DNA of 64,000 bases from positions 1-64,000 of IMG/VR virus record IMGVR_UViG_3300034284_001491; one strand, written 5' to 3'. The DNA is from a virus. Positions 8,439-17,846 of this stretch are shown piece after piece (the first letter of the stretch is position 1; the number at the start of each line of letters is the position of its first letter). Below the pieces are notes generated by a model. The model was given only the letters and a program-made list of their open reading frames with translations, ran no database searches and was not told the origin of the DNA. Made by a program: the position numbers and the translations under genes.

Positions 8439-10729
8439 TGCCTATTTATTATAAAAGAGATGCTACAGGAACAGCTGATTGGAATTTAGCTTCAAGTTGG
8501 TCAACTATTAGTTCAATATCATCTTTTAATGGAGGTACATTTCCAAGTTCAACAACATTGGACCCTGTTATATTTGATGCAAATTCAAGTGCTTGTACTG
8601 TAAACGTGGCAGCTATCTGTACTTCAATAACATTTACAGGATATGCTAATACCATTACTATGACAAATGGTATATCAGTTAGTGGCAGTGTTACTCTTGC
8701 TAATACTGCAACATATCTTGGTCCAAGTGGAATTACATTAAGAACAACTTCAACATTTACTTTTGCAGGTGCTACTTATAATCTACCATTAACAATTAGT
8801 ACATTAACGAATACTGGAGCACAAACATTTACTTTTGCAGATAGTGGTCAAGTTAGTAATTTCTCTATTTCAAATGGTGGTAACACTACAATTACATTAT
8901 CTGGAGTAGGTCAAACATTATCCATTTCTGGAAATGCTTCTTTTGGTAGTGGGGCAAGTACAACACTTGCATCAAGTACACTTAGTGTATTGTTAAATGG
9001 AACAGGAGCAGTGACAGTAAATGGATATTGTGCCATGAATCTAACTATAAATGCTTCTGGAACAATAACATTAAATGGTCCTTTATATGTATTTGCACAA
9101 ACAGCTGTAGATAAAACTCTTATTTATCAAAATGGAACTATAAATTGGAATGGAAACGTCTTGGCAGTCCATAGTACAAGTGGCAGATTTGTTAGTGTAA
9201 ATTTCCCATATCCAATTTTAGACTTTAGAATAGAAGGATTATTTAATAACACAGGTAATATTACATTATTATCAGACTTAAATGTTACAAATCTTCAAGT
9301 AGCAAACTGGGCAGGTAATTCATCAGGTCAAATGAACTTAAATGGGTTCAATGTATATATTTCTGGAAATTTTACAGCTACCCAGTCTCCATTGTCTGGA
9401 ACTACTAAATTATGGATGGTTGGAACTGGAACAATTAATTGTACTGCTTCTTTGCTTAATAGTCTTGAAATAAATTCACCAAGTGGAAATATAATAGTAC
9501 AAAGAATTGCGTTTGGTGGTGCTGTACTCACATTTACATATACAACAGCAGCCACCTTTACTCAAACTGGATTAATATCATTTTTAGGTACAACGTGTAC
9601 ATTTAACAATCCTGGAAATGCAAATTTTACTAATTTACAATTCAGCGTAGCTACTAATATTAATGTCACTACTATTAACTTTAATCATAACATTAATTGT
9701 ACAGAAATATTATTTTTTCAATCTGGAGGTACTACTATAAATCTAAATGGTAATACTATTAATCTATCTGGTAACATTACAAGAGTTAACTCTCCAACTG
9801 TTAATGGAACAAGTACAATTAGATTTTTCGGAGGAGTAGGAACTGCAACTTGGGCAGGGCTTACCTATGGTTGTAATTTTTCAATAGAAAAAAGTGTTTC
9901 ATTTACTGAAAATATGACTTTTAATACAACTGGTAGAAGTGTTGTTGTAACTGGAAGTGGCTCTATTAATCCTAATACATCTTTAGTAACTATATTAGCA
10001 AGTGTTGCAATGACTATTTCAAATATGACATTTTTCAATTTGACATTAAATGGTAATAATACTATAACTCAAAATGCTTTAAATATAATTAATGGTTCTT
10101 TCCTTTGTAGTGGAAATGCAACATTTGCAGGAACACATGGTTGGACAGCAAATACGTTTACTGCTACAACAGCAGCTTCTGTTTTAACTTTTCAAAACAT
10201 AAATGCTAATCCGTTAGCAGAATATTTTGTAACAAGTTCCCTAACAATAATTGGAACATTATCATCAAGAATAACATTGCAAGCAGCTGGTTCTGCGTCA
10301 TATAATGGTACAATAACTCCTGTAGGACAATTAAATGTTACATCAGGAACTACTCCTACAGCAGGTATGACTGTTTCTCAAGCTGCAAATCAATCGCCTG
10401 TTGGTTTTATTGGATTGCTACCTAACAGACCTGTTATTACAGGAGGAGGTCCTACTGTATTTACAATATCTCCATCAGCAACTCAAACAATAACATCTCC
10501 ATTTGCAATGAGAGCTGGATTTAAGGCAAAATTCACATTAGGAAGTACAGCAACTCAAAATGTTGCATATACTACAACACAAGATATAGACTCAAGTGCT
10601 GGACCTACCGTATTAGCTTTTGGTTCTAATGGTGATAATGTATCAACAAATGTATCTTTATTTAGAACATTAAACTGGGGTCCACTTATTGCTCCATCGG
10701 GGAGTGTTTACTATACATTCGTAAGTTAA
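8438..10729 (+). CDS. Beta-helix/adhesin-like protein, putative receptor-binding protein (763 aa)
   Basis: W..ASSWS..P...D.V.FDANS N-terminal motif followed by T/N/G-rich beta-solenoid-like sequence. Confidence 0.6.
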   Translation: MPIYYKRDATGTADWNLASSWSTISSISSFNGGTFPSSTTLDPVIFDANSSACTVNVAAICTSITFTGYANTITMTNGISVSGSVTLANTATYLGPSGITLRTTSTFTFAGATYNLPLTISTLTNTGAQTFTFADSGQVSNFSISNGGNTTITLSGVGQTLSISGNASFGSGASTTLASSTLSVLLNGTGAVTVNGYCAMNLTINASGTITLNGPLYVFAQTAVDKTLIYQNGTINWNGNVLAVHSTSGRFVSVNFPYPILDFRIEGLFNNTGNITLLSDLNVTNLQVANWAGNSSGQMNLNGFNVYISGNFTATQSPLSGTTKLWMVGTGTINCTASLLNSLEINSPSGNIIVQRIAFGGAVLTFTYTTAATFTQTGLISFLGTTCTFNNPGNANFTNLQFSVATNINVTTINFNHNINCTEILFFQSGGTTINLNGNTINLSGNITRVNSPTVNGTSTIRFFGGVGTATWAGLTYGCNFSIEKSVSFTENMTFNTTGRSVVVTGSGSINPNTSLVTILASVAMTISNMTFFNLTLNGNNTITQNALNIINGSFLCSGNATFAGTHGWTANTFTATTAASVLTFQNINANPLAEYFVTSSLTIIGTLSSRITLQAAGSASYNGTITPVGQLNVTSGTTPTAGMTVSQAANQSPVGFIGLLPNRPVITGGGPTVFTISPSATQTITSPFAMRAGFKAKFTLGSTATQNVAYTTTQDIDSSAGPTVLAFGSNGDNVSTNVSLFRTLNWGPLIAPSGSVYYTFVS

Positions 10730-10740
10730 TATTAATAATC

Positions 10741-11202
10741 ATGTCAAACAAAATCACTAAAACAAGTAAAAAAGGAATTGATCTAATTAAAAAATATGAA
10801 GGATTTAGATCAGAACCATATCTCTGCCCTGCTAATGTAGCTACAATTGGATTTGGAACAACTTTTTATCCAGATGGAAGAAAAGTAAAATTAACAGATC
10901 CACCTATTTCAGAAACAATAGCAGAGGTAATATTAAAAAGACAACTAGAAAAATTTGAGCAATACGTTGATAGTTATTGTATTGATAGTATTAATCAAAA
11001 TCAATTTGATGCATTAGTTTCTTTTTGTTATAACCTTGGTCCCACTAATTTAAAAAGTAGTACACTACTAAAGAAAGTAAATAAGAATCCAAATGATCCA
11101 ACAATAAAAGATGAGTTTATGAAATGGGTTAAGGCTGGAGGAAAAACACTAAAAGGACTAGTGAGAAGAAGAGAAGAAGAAGCTCAATTATATTTCTCAT
11201 AA
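10741..11202 (+). CDS. Endolysin, GH24 lysozyme
   Basis: IKKYEG..YLCPANVATIGFG catalytic region, QNQFDALVSFCYNLG, GLVRRR..E. Confidence 0.92.
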   Translation: MSNKITKTSKKGIDLIKKYEGFRSEPYLCPANVATIGFGTTFYPDGRKVKLTDPPISETIAEVILKRQLEKFEQYVDSYCIDSINQNQFDALVSFCYNLGPTNLKSSTLLKKVNKNPNDPTIKDEFMKWVKAGGKTLKGLVRRREEEAQLYFS

Positions 11203-11225
11203 TCTAATTGTACATATTTTATAAG

Positions 11226-11255
11226 AAGTGTTAGTATAATACTAGCACTTTTTTT
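11226..11255 (+). terminator. Rho-independent terminator
   Basis: AAGTGTTAGTA-TAA-TACTAGCACTT followed by a T run, after the lysozyme gene. Confidence 0.7.
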
Positions 11256-11271
11256 ATTTCAAAACTTTTTT

Positions 11272-11279
11272 TAAATTTG
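11272..11279 (+). promoter_or_regulatory. Bacteroidota -7 element TAAATTTG
   Basis: TAnnTTTG between the terminator and ATG 11308. Confidence 0.45.
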
Positions 11280-11307
11280 TAATGTTTAACTTTTAAAAAT
11301 TATACAA

Positions 11308-11571
11308 ATGGAAGAAACTCTTGAAAAAGAACCAAGATTGTCTCAAGAAGAAATTGAAAACAATCGTCAGAAACTAATGGAATACTATGAACTAAATATT
11401 CCATTCTTAAAACTTCAATCTGAATATGAAGAATTAATTACAAAGATTCAAGAATCTAAGACACGTAGATTAATTGCTCAAGTTCAAATTGCTCAAATTA
11501 TGTCACCTGGGCAACAAGAAGAAGAAGAAAAAGAAGAAGTTCCAGTTAGAAAACTTAAAAGAGAGGAATAA
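11308..11571 (+). CDS. Coiled-coil hypothetical protein
   Basis: ORF track; E/K-rich helical sequence. Confidence 0.7.
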   Translation: MEETLEKEPRLSQEEIENNRQKLMEYYELNIPFLKLQSEYEELITKIQESKTRRLIAQVQIAQIMSPGQQEEEEKEEVPVRKLKREE

Positions 11572-11945
11572 TGGCTAAACTCACACTTATTGATAAAAAG
11601 GCACAAGTAGATTCTTGGACTATTGTTAAAGTTCAATTGATGCTTCATTGTGAACTTAATAAAATCAATATTAGTGAGGCCGACACTAATGCTCTAGTAC
11701 AATTAGTTAAACAAGGGGAAACCGAACTTAGTTCATTCTGTATAGATGCTAGTTCGGATCCCCGTATGTTTAAGTCTGCACAGAGTGTTAGAAATTTTGT
11801 ATCTAAAGCAGAAAAACAAAACTTAATTGTTAAATCCGGTAACACTAAAAAAAGAATTAAGATAAATCCGGAATTAGGTATAGTAACAAATGCGGATAAT
11901 ATAATGTTAGATTATAAGTTGTTGTGTAGAGACTTTAAATTATGA
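11571..11945 (+). CDS. Putative winged-helix DNA-binding protein
   Basis: SAQSVRNFVSKAEKQNLIVK helix plus wing-like hairpin. Confidence 0.5.
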   Translation: MAKLTLIDKKAQVDSWTIVKVQLMLHCELNKINISEADTNALVQLVKQGETELSSFCIDASSDPRMFKSAQSVRNFVSKAEKQNLIVKSGNTKKRIKINPELGIVTNADNIMLDYKLLCRDFKL

Positions 11946-12331
11946 TTCCAAAGAAATATAAAAATATACTAGCAGAATATTCAGAACAATTTGAAAATCC
12001 TGAAGTAATATCTGATATAGTTAATTTTTTTTGGGATGATGTATCTACAAATCTTAGAAGTATAAATTATCCGTCTATATACATTGAACAGTTAGGTGAG
12101 TTTAATATTAAGCACTGGATCCTCACTAAAAAAATTTTAGAATACACTGGATTAATAGAAAAAAATCCAGGTCAAACTTTTAATCAAAGAATCAAGAAAC
12201 AAGATTCAAAACTTCAACTTGATAAAATGATAAAACTGCAGAAAGAACTTGCAGATGAATATTCAAAAAAACTAAATAAAAAACAACAGAGAAATGACTA
12301 CAGAAGATCTAAAAAAGATTTGGAACAATAA
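11942..12331 (+). CDS. HU/IHF-like DNA-binding protein
   Basis: ISDIVNFFWDDV...SIYIEQLGEFNIK resembles the HU/IHF helix and V.I..FG.F strand; crAss-like phages carry such genes. Confidence 0.55.
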   Translation: MIPKKYKNILAEYSEQFENPEVISDIVNFFWDDVSTNLRSINYPSIYIEQLGEFNIKHWILTKKILEYTGLIEKNPGQTFNQRIKKQDSKLQLDKMIKLQKELADEYSKKLNKKQQRNDYRRSKKDLEQ

Positions 12332-12581
12332 AGAAAAGATTCTTGAAGGTTTCAAAAATGCAATTATTAAAGATGAATATGTTGAGTCTATTGCATCTAT
12401 TAGAAATGAGATTTGTAAAGGATGTGAAAAGTATGATACACAAGGATCATCTTGTTTAGTACCTGGAACACAACCTTGTTGTGGAGAATGTGGATGTTCT
12501 TTACATCTTAAACAACGTAGTTTAACATCATATTGTGATTTAGGAAAATGGAACGCAATAACAGAAGAAAGCGAGAACTAA
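12294..12581 (+). CDS. Cys-rich putative zinc-binding protein
   Basis: R.EICKGC...CCGECGC....K.....CDLGKW. Confidence 0.7.
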   Translation: MTTEDLKKIWNNKEKILEGFKNAIIKDEYVESIASIRNEICKGCEKYDTQGSSCLVPGTQPCCGECGCSLHLKQRSLTSYCDLGKWNAITEESEN

Positions 12582-12961
12582 GAATCAAAGAATTTAATAG
12601 TCGCAAAAGAGTGGATTATAAAAATCTTGATTTAGAATGTTTAACATCTAGTAGATTAGATACTGGTACTATTAGTTTAGTTGATATAAATAATTATACC
12701 ACTACTATTAGTGGAAACTCTTATCTTACAACAACTAGTACAGGCACATTCTATAATAATTATAATTCATATCCAATATATCAAGAAACAAAACTTGATG
12801 TAAAAAAACGTATAAGTAGATTATTTTTAGAAGAATATCATAAAAGAAAACAGATTGAATTAGATAATTATGAAACATTAAAACAAATGCTTGATTCAGA
12901 ATTAGATTGTGATGCTGAATTAGCATGTAGTATTATTGATACTTATCCAGAATTTGAATGA
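12548..12961 (+). CDS. Hypothetical protein
   Basis: ORF track; fills the gap in the operon. Confidence 0.55.
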   Translation: MERNNRRKRELRIKEFNSRKRVDYKNLDLECLTSSRLDTGTISLVDINNYTTTISGNSYLTTTSTGTFYNNYNSYPIYQETKLDVKKRISRLFLEEYHKRKQIELDNYETLKQMLDSELDCDAELACSIIDTYPEFE

Positions 12962-13302
12962 AGAAAACTAAAATTTATATAGAGAATGATTATGTATCTT
13001 TTACAATAGTTCATGTCACTGTAAAAAAGAAAACAAAAAATACAATTGCAGTAGATGAAAATGGTGAAAAGATGATTATTCCTGTAGAATATGAAGTAAA
13101 AGGTAAAACTCTATACTTAAATTATTCTTGCAGAATTGATGCAATTTCAGCAATATCTTCTCATATAAATGATAGAAATCAAGTGGTAAAATCTAAGTGT
13201 ATAATCTTTGATAGATATAGTGGAAGAGATTACTTAGTTAATAATTCTATGGATGAAGTTAAAAGTGCAGTTATTAAACAAAATAAAAAAATGGGTTATT
13301 AA
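12958..13302 (+). CDS. Hypothetical protein
   Basis: ORF track; ATGA overlap. Confidence 0.65.
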   Translation: MKKTKIYIENDYVSFTIVHVTVKKKTKNTIAVDENGEKMIIPVEYEVKGKTLYLNYSCRIDAISAISSHINDRNQVVKSKCIIFDRYSGRDYLVNNSMDEVKSAVIKQNKKMGY

Positions 13303-13303
13303 T

Positions 13304-14134
13304 ATGTCAGTATTTTTTAGAGCAGAAGACCACTCATATAAAAGTGTTAATTCTGAAGATAATATAAAATGGATTAGTGTTACATCATTTGTATCAAAAT
13401 TTAAAGAAAAATTTGATCCAATTGCTATTTCACAAAAAGCTTCAAAAAATAAAAAATCTAAATGGTATGGAATGACACCAGAAAATATACAGAAAGCTTG
13501 GTCCAAAGAAACAGATAGAGCACTTACATTAGGTACATGGTATCATAATGAAAGAGAATCTGATTTATTAAGTCTTGAAACCTTAACACAAGGTGGAGAA
13601 CCTCTAAAAATTATTACCCCAATTATTGATGAAGAAGGAATTAAATACGCCCCTGAACAAAAATTAGAGAATGGTATATATCCTGAACATTTTGTTTATT
13701 TAAAATCTGCAGGATTATGTGGACAATCTGATAGAGTTGATGTTATAAATGGTGTGGTCAATATAATTGACTACAAAACAAATAAAGAAATTAAAACAGA
13801 AGGATATAAGAATTGGGAAGGTATTACTAAGAAGATGTTATCACCTATTGCTCATCTGGATGACTGTAATTTAAACCATTATAGCCTGCAATTGAGTTTT
13901 TATATGTATATTATACTTAAGCACAATCCTAAATTAAAACCAGGAAAAATGAGTTTACATCATGTGATTTTTCAAGATTCTGGAACAGATGACTTTGGAA
14001 ATCCAATTAATAAACTCGATGAAAATAATAATCCTATTGTAAAAGAAGTGGTGTTATATAATATCCCATATATGAAGGATGAAGTAATTACATTGATTAA
14101 ACATCTTAATGATAACCGTGATTTTTTAATATAG
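13304..14134 (+). CDS. PD-(D/E)xK exonuclease, Cas4/RecB-like
   Basis: SVTSFV, GTWYH, GQSDRV, IIDYKT and YSLQLSFY motifs; ATG at 13304. Confidence 0.85.
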   Translation: MSVFFRAEDHSYKSVNSEDNIKWISVTSFVSKFKEKFDPIAISQKASKNKKSKWYGMTPENIQKAWSKETDRALTLGTWYHNERESDLLSLETLTQGGEPLKIITPIIDEEGIKYAPEQKLENGIYPEHFVYLKSAGLCGQSDRVDVINGVVNIIDYKTNKEIKTEGYKNWEGITKKMLSPIAHLDDCNLNHYSLQLSFYMYIILKHNPKLKPGKMSLHHVIFQDSGTDDFGNPINKLDENNNPIVKEVVLYNIPYMKDEVITLIKHLNDNRDFLI

Positions 14135-14136
14135 AT

Positions 14137-14784
14137 ATGAGGGAACGTAAAAACGATATAAAGTATTTATTGCAATTAAACGAAGAGCAAAAAAAGGCAA
14201 AAGCAGAAATTCTTGATAATGTAATTAGTGCTATATATGGTGCTGCTGGTTCTGGTAAATCATTATTAGCTGCACAAATAGCATTAGATCAATTATTTTT
14301 ATATGAAAAGAAAATAATTATAATTAGACCTGCTGTTACTGCACATGAAGATATTGGTTATTTAAAAGGTTCTGCAGATGAAAAGATGGCTCTATTCACT
14401 CAACCAACACATCAAAACATGTATAAACTTTATAATAAAGACAAGATTGATAAAGAGATTACTGCTGGTAATATTATTATCATTCCTGTTGGTTATACTA
14501 GAGGCTATACTTTTAACGACTGTACAGTAATTGTTGAAGAAGCACAAAACTTAACTTTCTCTCAAACAGAATTATTACTAGGAAGAGTGGGTAAAGATAA
14601 TTGTAGAATGATACTTTGTGGTGACTCTGCTCAAATTGACTTAAAAAATAAAAAGGATTCAGGTTTTGATTTTATTTGCAAACACTTGAAAGATATAGAA
14701 GGATTTTCTGTAATTAGATTAAAAGCAAATCATAGACATCCAATTGTGGAAAATGTATTAGAGATATTTAAAAACTACGCTTAA
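14137..14784 (+). CDS. phoH: PhoH-family ATPase
   Basis: GAAGSGKS Walker A, RPAV, IGYLKG, RGYTF, EEAQN, GDSAQID, RHPIV. Confidence 0.92.
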   Translation: MRERKNDIKYLLQLNEEQKKAKAEILDNVISAIYGAAGSGKSLLAAQIALDQLFLYEKKIIIIRPAVTAHEDIGYLKGSADEKMALFTQPTHQNMYKLYNKDKIDKEITAGNIIIIPVGYTRGYTFNDCTVIVEEAQNLTFSQTELLLGRVGKDNCRMILCGDSAQIDLKNKKDSGFDFICKHLKDIEGFSVIRLKANHRHPIVENVLEIFKNYA

Positions 14785-15302
14785 TGATTGTAAAACTATT
14801 CGATATAGAGAATGGTGTTGTAAAACCAACAGAACACTGTTTCGTAATTAAATTTTTAAAGGATATTATGGAGACATATCCGGATGAGTATTTGATAATT
14901 TATGCTTATCTGTTTTATATGACATGTCCTAATAATGATATAAATCCTTTTTTTAATCTTCCTGAATCTGAAAAGGAAGATATAATTCTAGAGCAAATAA
15001 ATGCTGAGTTTAGTACAGAAGATTCTTTAATTCTTGATGCTGTAAAGATGTGTGAAAAATTATATGAAACTCCCACTTCAAGAGCATATAATGGGATTAA
15101 AATTGCTTTAGATAATATGGCAACTTTTATGGCAACAGAAAAACCAACATCTGGTAGGGATGGTTCTGCATCTGCATTATTAAGAATTGCTGAAAGATTT
15201 GATCAAGTTAGACAATCATTCAAAGGTGTTTATAATGATTTAAAAGATGAACAAAAAAGCCACGTTAGAGGTGGTATAGGACTATCATATGATCAAGAAT
15301 AA
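14784..15302 (+). CDS. Conserved helical protein before terminase; possible terminase small subunit
   Basis: Position upstream of TerL; helical with C-terminal VRGG. Confidence 0.45.
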   Translation: MIVKLFDIENGVVKPTEHCFVIKFLKDIMETYPDEYLIIYAYLFYMTCPNNDINPFFNLPESEKEDIILEQINAEFSTEDSLILDAVKMCEKLYETPTSRAYNGIKIALDNMATFMATEKPTSGRDGSASALLRIAERFDQVRQSFKGVYNDLKDEQKSHVRGGIGLSYDQE

Positions 15303-15303
15303 T

Positions 15304-15480
15304 ATGCAAAAAGAACTTTATTACGATTGGTTGTTTCAATACAACCCATATGAAAAAGCATGGTATGCTTTTGAAAGAGAAAATTTTACTGGGTATTTTT
15401 CCGATAAAGAAAATACAAAGTATTTAAGAGGATCATCTGTTGATGAACTTATAGAAATCATTGATATGATTGATGGATAG
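15304..15480 (+). CDS. Small hypothetical protein
   Basis: MQKELYYDWLFQYNPY...; lies between coupled genes. Confidence 0.6.
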   Translation: MQKELYYDWLFQYNPYEKAWYAFERENFTGYFSDKENTKYLRGSSVDELIEIIDMIDG

Positions 15481-17668
15481 TTATTTAGAAATACCCACTT
15501 ATAATAATGGTGATTGGGAATCTACAATCTTCTATACAAAAGAAGGTTTTTTAGATTTTATTAAATCTTTATTTAAAGAACCTGGTCAATATGAATTTGA
15601 TAAGACTTCATTAGTATTTAATGAAGAGGCTCGTAAATTTAATAAATTACAATTCTATTGTTCGGCACCATATAAAAGTAAGGATTTTAGAAATTATTGG
15701 GATGATCAAAAGAATAAGTGTAGAAATGGTGTAATATATAAAAGTGGAGATAAGACATGGTATCTCACTCGTGATTATTACATGTGGCTTAATTTCCTAC
15801 CAATATTTGATAAGGAACAAAATAAATTTGGATTTGCTAAAGTACGTGATGCACAATATCATATGGCATTATATGAATTACTTGCTGAATTAAGTAATAA
15901 GCATTGTGCTATTTTAAAGAAACGTCAGATTGCTAGTTCTTATTTTCATTGTGCTAAACTTATAAATCAAATATGGTTTGAAGAAGGGGTGACATTGAAA
16001 GTGGGTGCAGAACTTAAAGACTATATAAATGATAAAGGTTCTTGGGCTTTCTTTAATGAATATAGAGATTTTTTAAATTCTCATACCGGATGGTATAGAC
16101 CGTTTACACCAGATAAAACTCTTAACTGGGAACAAAAGATTCAAGTGAGAGAAAATAACCAAAACAAAACTAGAGGTTTAAAAGGAAGATTAATTGGATT
16201 ATCTTTTGAAAAGAATCCAACAAATGGTGTAGGTGGACCTTGTAAATACTTCTTTCATGAAGAGGCTGGTATTGCACCTAAAATGAATGTAACATATGAG
16301 TTTATTAGACCAGCATTAAGTTCTGGATTTATAACTACAGGTACATTTATAGCAGCAGGATCTGTGGGTGATTTAGATCAATGTGAACCATTAAAGAAAT
16401 TAATATTATATCCAGAATCAAATGATATCTATGCAGTAGATACAGATCTAATTGATGATAAAGGTACTTTAGGTAAATCTGGATTATTCATACCTGAACA
16501 GTGGTCTATGCCACCATATATAGATGAATATGGTAATTCACTTGTACAAGAAGCATTAGATGCATTAGATAATCAATTTGAAATTTGGAAGAAAGAACTA
16601 GATCCTGAAGAATATCAATTACGTATTTCACAGAGACCTAGAAATATTGCAGAAGCATTTGCTGCAAGAAAAGAATCTAAATTTCCACCACATCTCGTCA
16701 CTAATCAAATTAGAAGAATAGAGGATAAAGAATATGGTTATGAAATTATTGACTTATCTAGACAAGAAAATGGTATAGTAGCCACTAATTCAAATAAACT
16801 TCCTATTAAATCATTTCCTATCAGAAAGAGTGAAGATGATAAAGAAGGAGCATTAGTGGTGTGGAAAAGACCCGCAGAAAATCCAACATTTGGAATGTAT
16901 TATGCATCTATTGACCCTGTATCTGAAGGAAAGACAACTACTTCAGAATCATTGTGTTCTATATATGTATATAAAGCTCCAATTGAAGTGATTAAAGAAA
17001 CATCTAATGGTAAAGAAACATACTATGAAAGAGATGAAATTGTTGCAGCATGGTGTGGTAGATTTGATGACTTAAGAAAAACTCATGAAAAATTAGAGTT
17101 GATAATTGAATGGTATAATGCCTGGACAATTATTGAAAATAACGTCTCTCTTTTTATTCAATATATGATTGAAAAAAAGAAACAAAAATATTTAGTACCA
17201 AAAAGTCAGATATTATTTCTAAAAGATTTAAATGCTAATGCTAACGTATATCAGGAGTATGGTTGGAAAAATACTGGAACACTATTTAAATCACATTTAC
17301 TTTCTTATTTAATACAGTATATTAGTGAAGAAATTGACCATGAAACAAAAACAGATGGTACAATTGTTAAAACTACATATGGTATTGAAAGAATTCCAGA
17401 TATTATGGCAATGAAAGAAATGCAAGCATATCAAGATGGATTAAACGTTGACCGTTTGGTTTCTTTAGCTGCATTGATAGCTTTTGCTAAAATCCAAACA
17501 TCTAATAGAGGGTATACAAGAAAATATGAAAGAGATAGGTCATTAGAATTGGAGAATTCAAATAATTTATATAAATTAAATAATAACCCTTTTAAGTTTA
17601 TAGGAGGCTCGAAATCTGCATTTTCAAATATTAAAGTTAAACGTAATCCATTTAAAAACTTTAGATAA
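15473..17668 (+). CDS. terL: Terminase large subunit
   Basis: ILKKRQIASS (KxR Walker A variant), FFHEEAG Walker B, YASIDPV RNase H-like nuclease motif, IIENN, NVDRL; precedes the portal. Confidence 0.88.
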   Translation: MDSYLEIPTYNNGDWESTIFYTKEGFLDFIKSLFKEPGQYEFDKTSLVFNEEARKFNKLQFYCSAPYKSKDFRNYWDDQKNKCRNGVIYKSGDKTWYLTRDYYMWLNFLPIFDKEQNKFGFAKVRDAQYHMALYELLAELSNKHCAILKKRQIASSYFHCAKLINQIWFEEGVTLKVGAELKDYINDKGSWAFFNEYRDFLNSHTGWYRPFTPDKTLNWEQKIQVRENNQNKTRGLKGRLIGLSFEKNPTNGVGGPCKYFFHEEAGIAPKMNVTYEFIRPALSSGFITTGTFIAAGSVGDLDQCEPLKKLILYPESNDIYAVDTDLIDDKGTLGKSGLFIPEQWSMPPYIDEYGNSLVQEALDALDNQFEIWKKELDPEEYQLRISQRPRNIAEAFAARKESKFPPHLVTNQIRRIEDKEYGYEIIDLSRQENGIVATNSNKLPIKSFPIRKSEDDKEGALVVWKRPAENPTFGMYYASIDPVSEGKTTTSESLCSIYVYKAPIEVIKETSNGKETYYERDEIVAAWCGRFDDLRKTHEKLELIIEWYNAWTIIENNVSLFIQYMIEKKKQKYLVPKSQILFLKDLNANANVYQEYGWKNTGTLFKSHLLSYLIQYISEEIDHETKTDGTIVKTTYGIERIPDIMAMKEMQAYQDGLNVDRLVSLAALIAFAKIQTSNRGYTRKYERDRSLELENSNNLYKLNNNPFKFIGGSKSAFSNIKVKRNPFKNFR

Positions 17669-17838
17669 TGTCAAATAGAAAAATTCAAATTATTAAAGAG
17701 CTCCTAGATAAAAAAGAAATAACATTTGAGCAAGCCTTATTATTACTCGATATAAAAATTGAAGAATCGAGTTCTCCTGTAAACTTGGGTATTAATAATT
17801 GTCAAGGTAATTGTGACAATTGTACTTGTAAAAAATAA
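17668..17838 (+). CDS. 56-aa protein with C-terminal CxxxCxxCxC
   Basis: Hand translation MSNRKIQIIKELLDKKEITFEQALLLLDIKIEESSSPVNLGINNCQGNCDNCTCKK*; TAATG coupling to terL. Confidence 0.6.
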   Translation: MSNRKIQIIKELLDKKEITFEQALLLLDIKIEESSSPVNLGINNCQGNCDNCTCKK

Positions 17839-17846
17839 AGATAGAT

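Noticed and set aside
13304-14134. Cas4-like nuclease as part of a CRISPR system
   Set aside because: No array or other cas genes; solo PD-(D/E)xK nucleases are common in such phages
14137-14784. PhoH as a novel auxiliary gene
   Set aside because: Widespread and well known in phages
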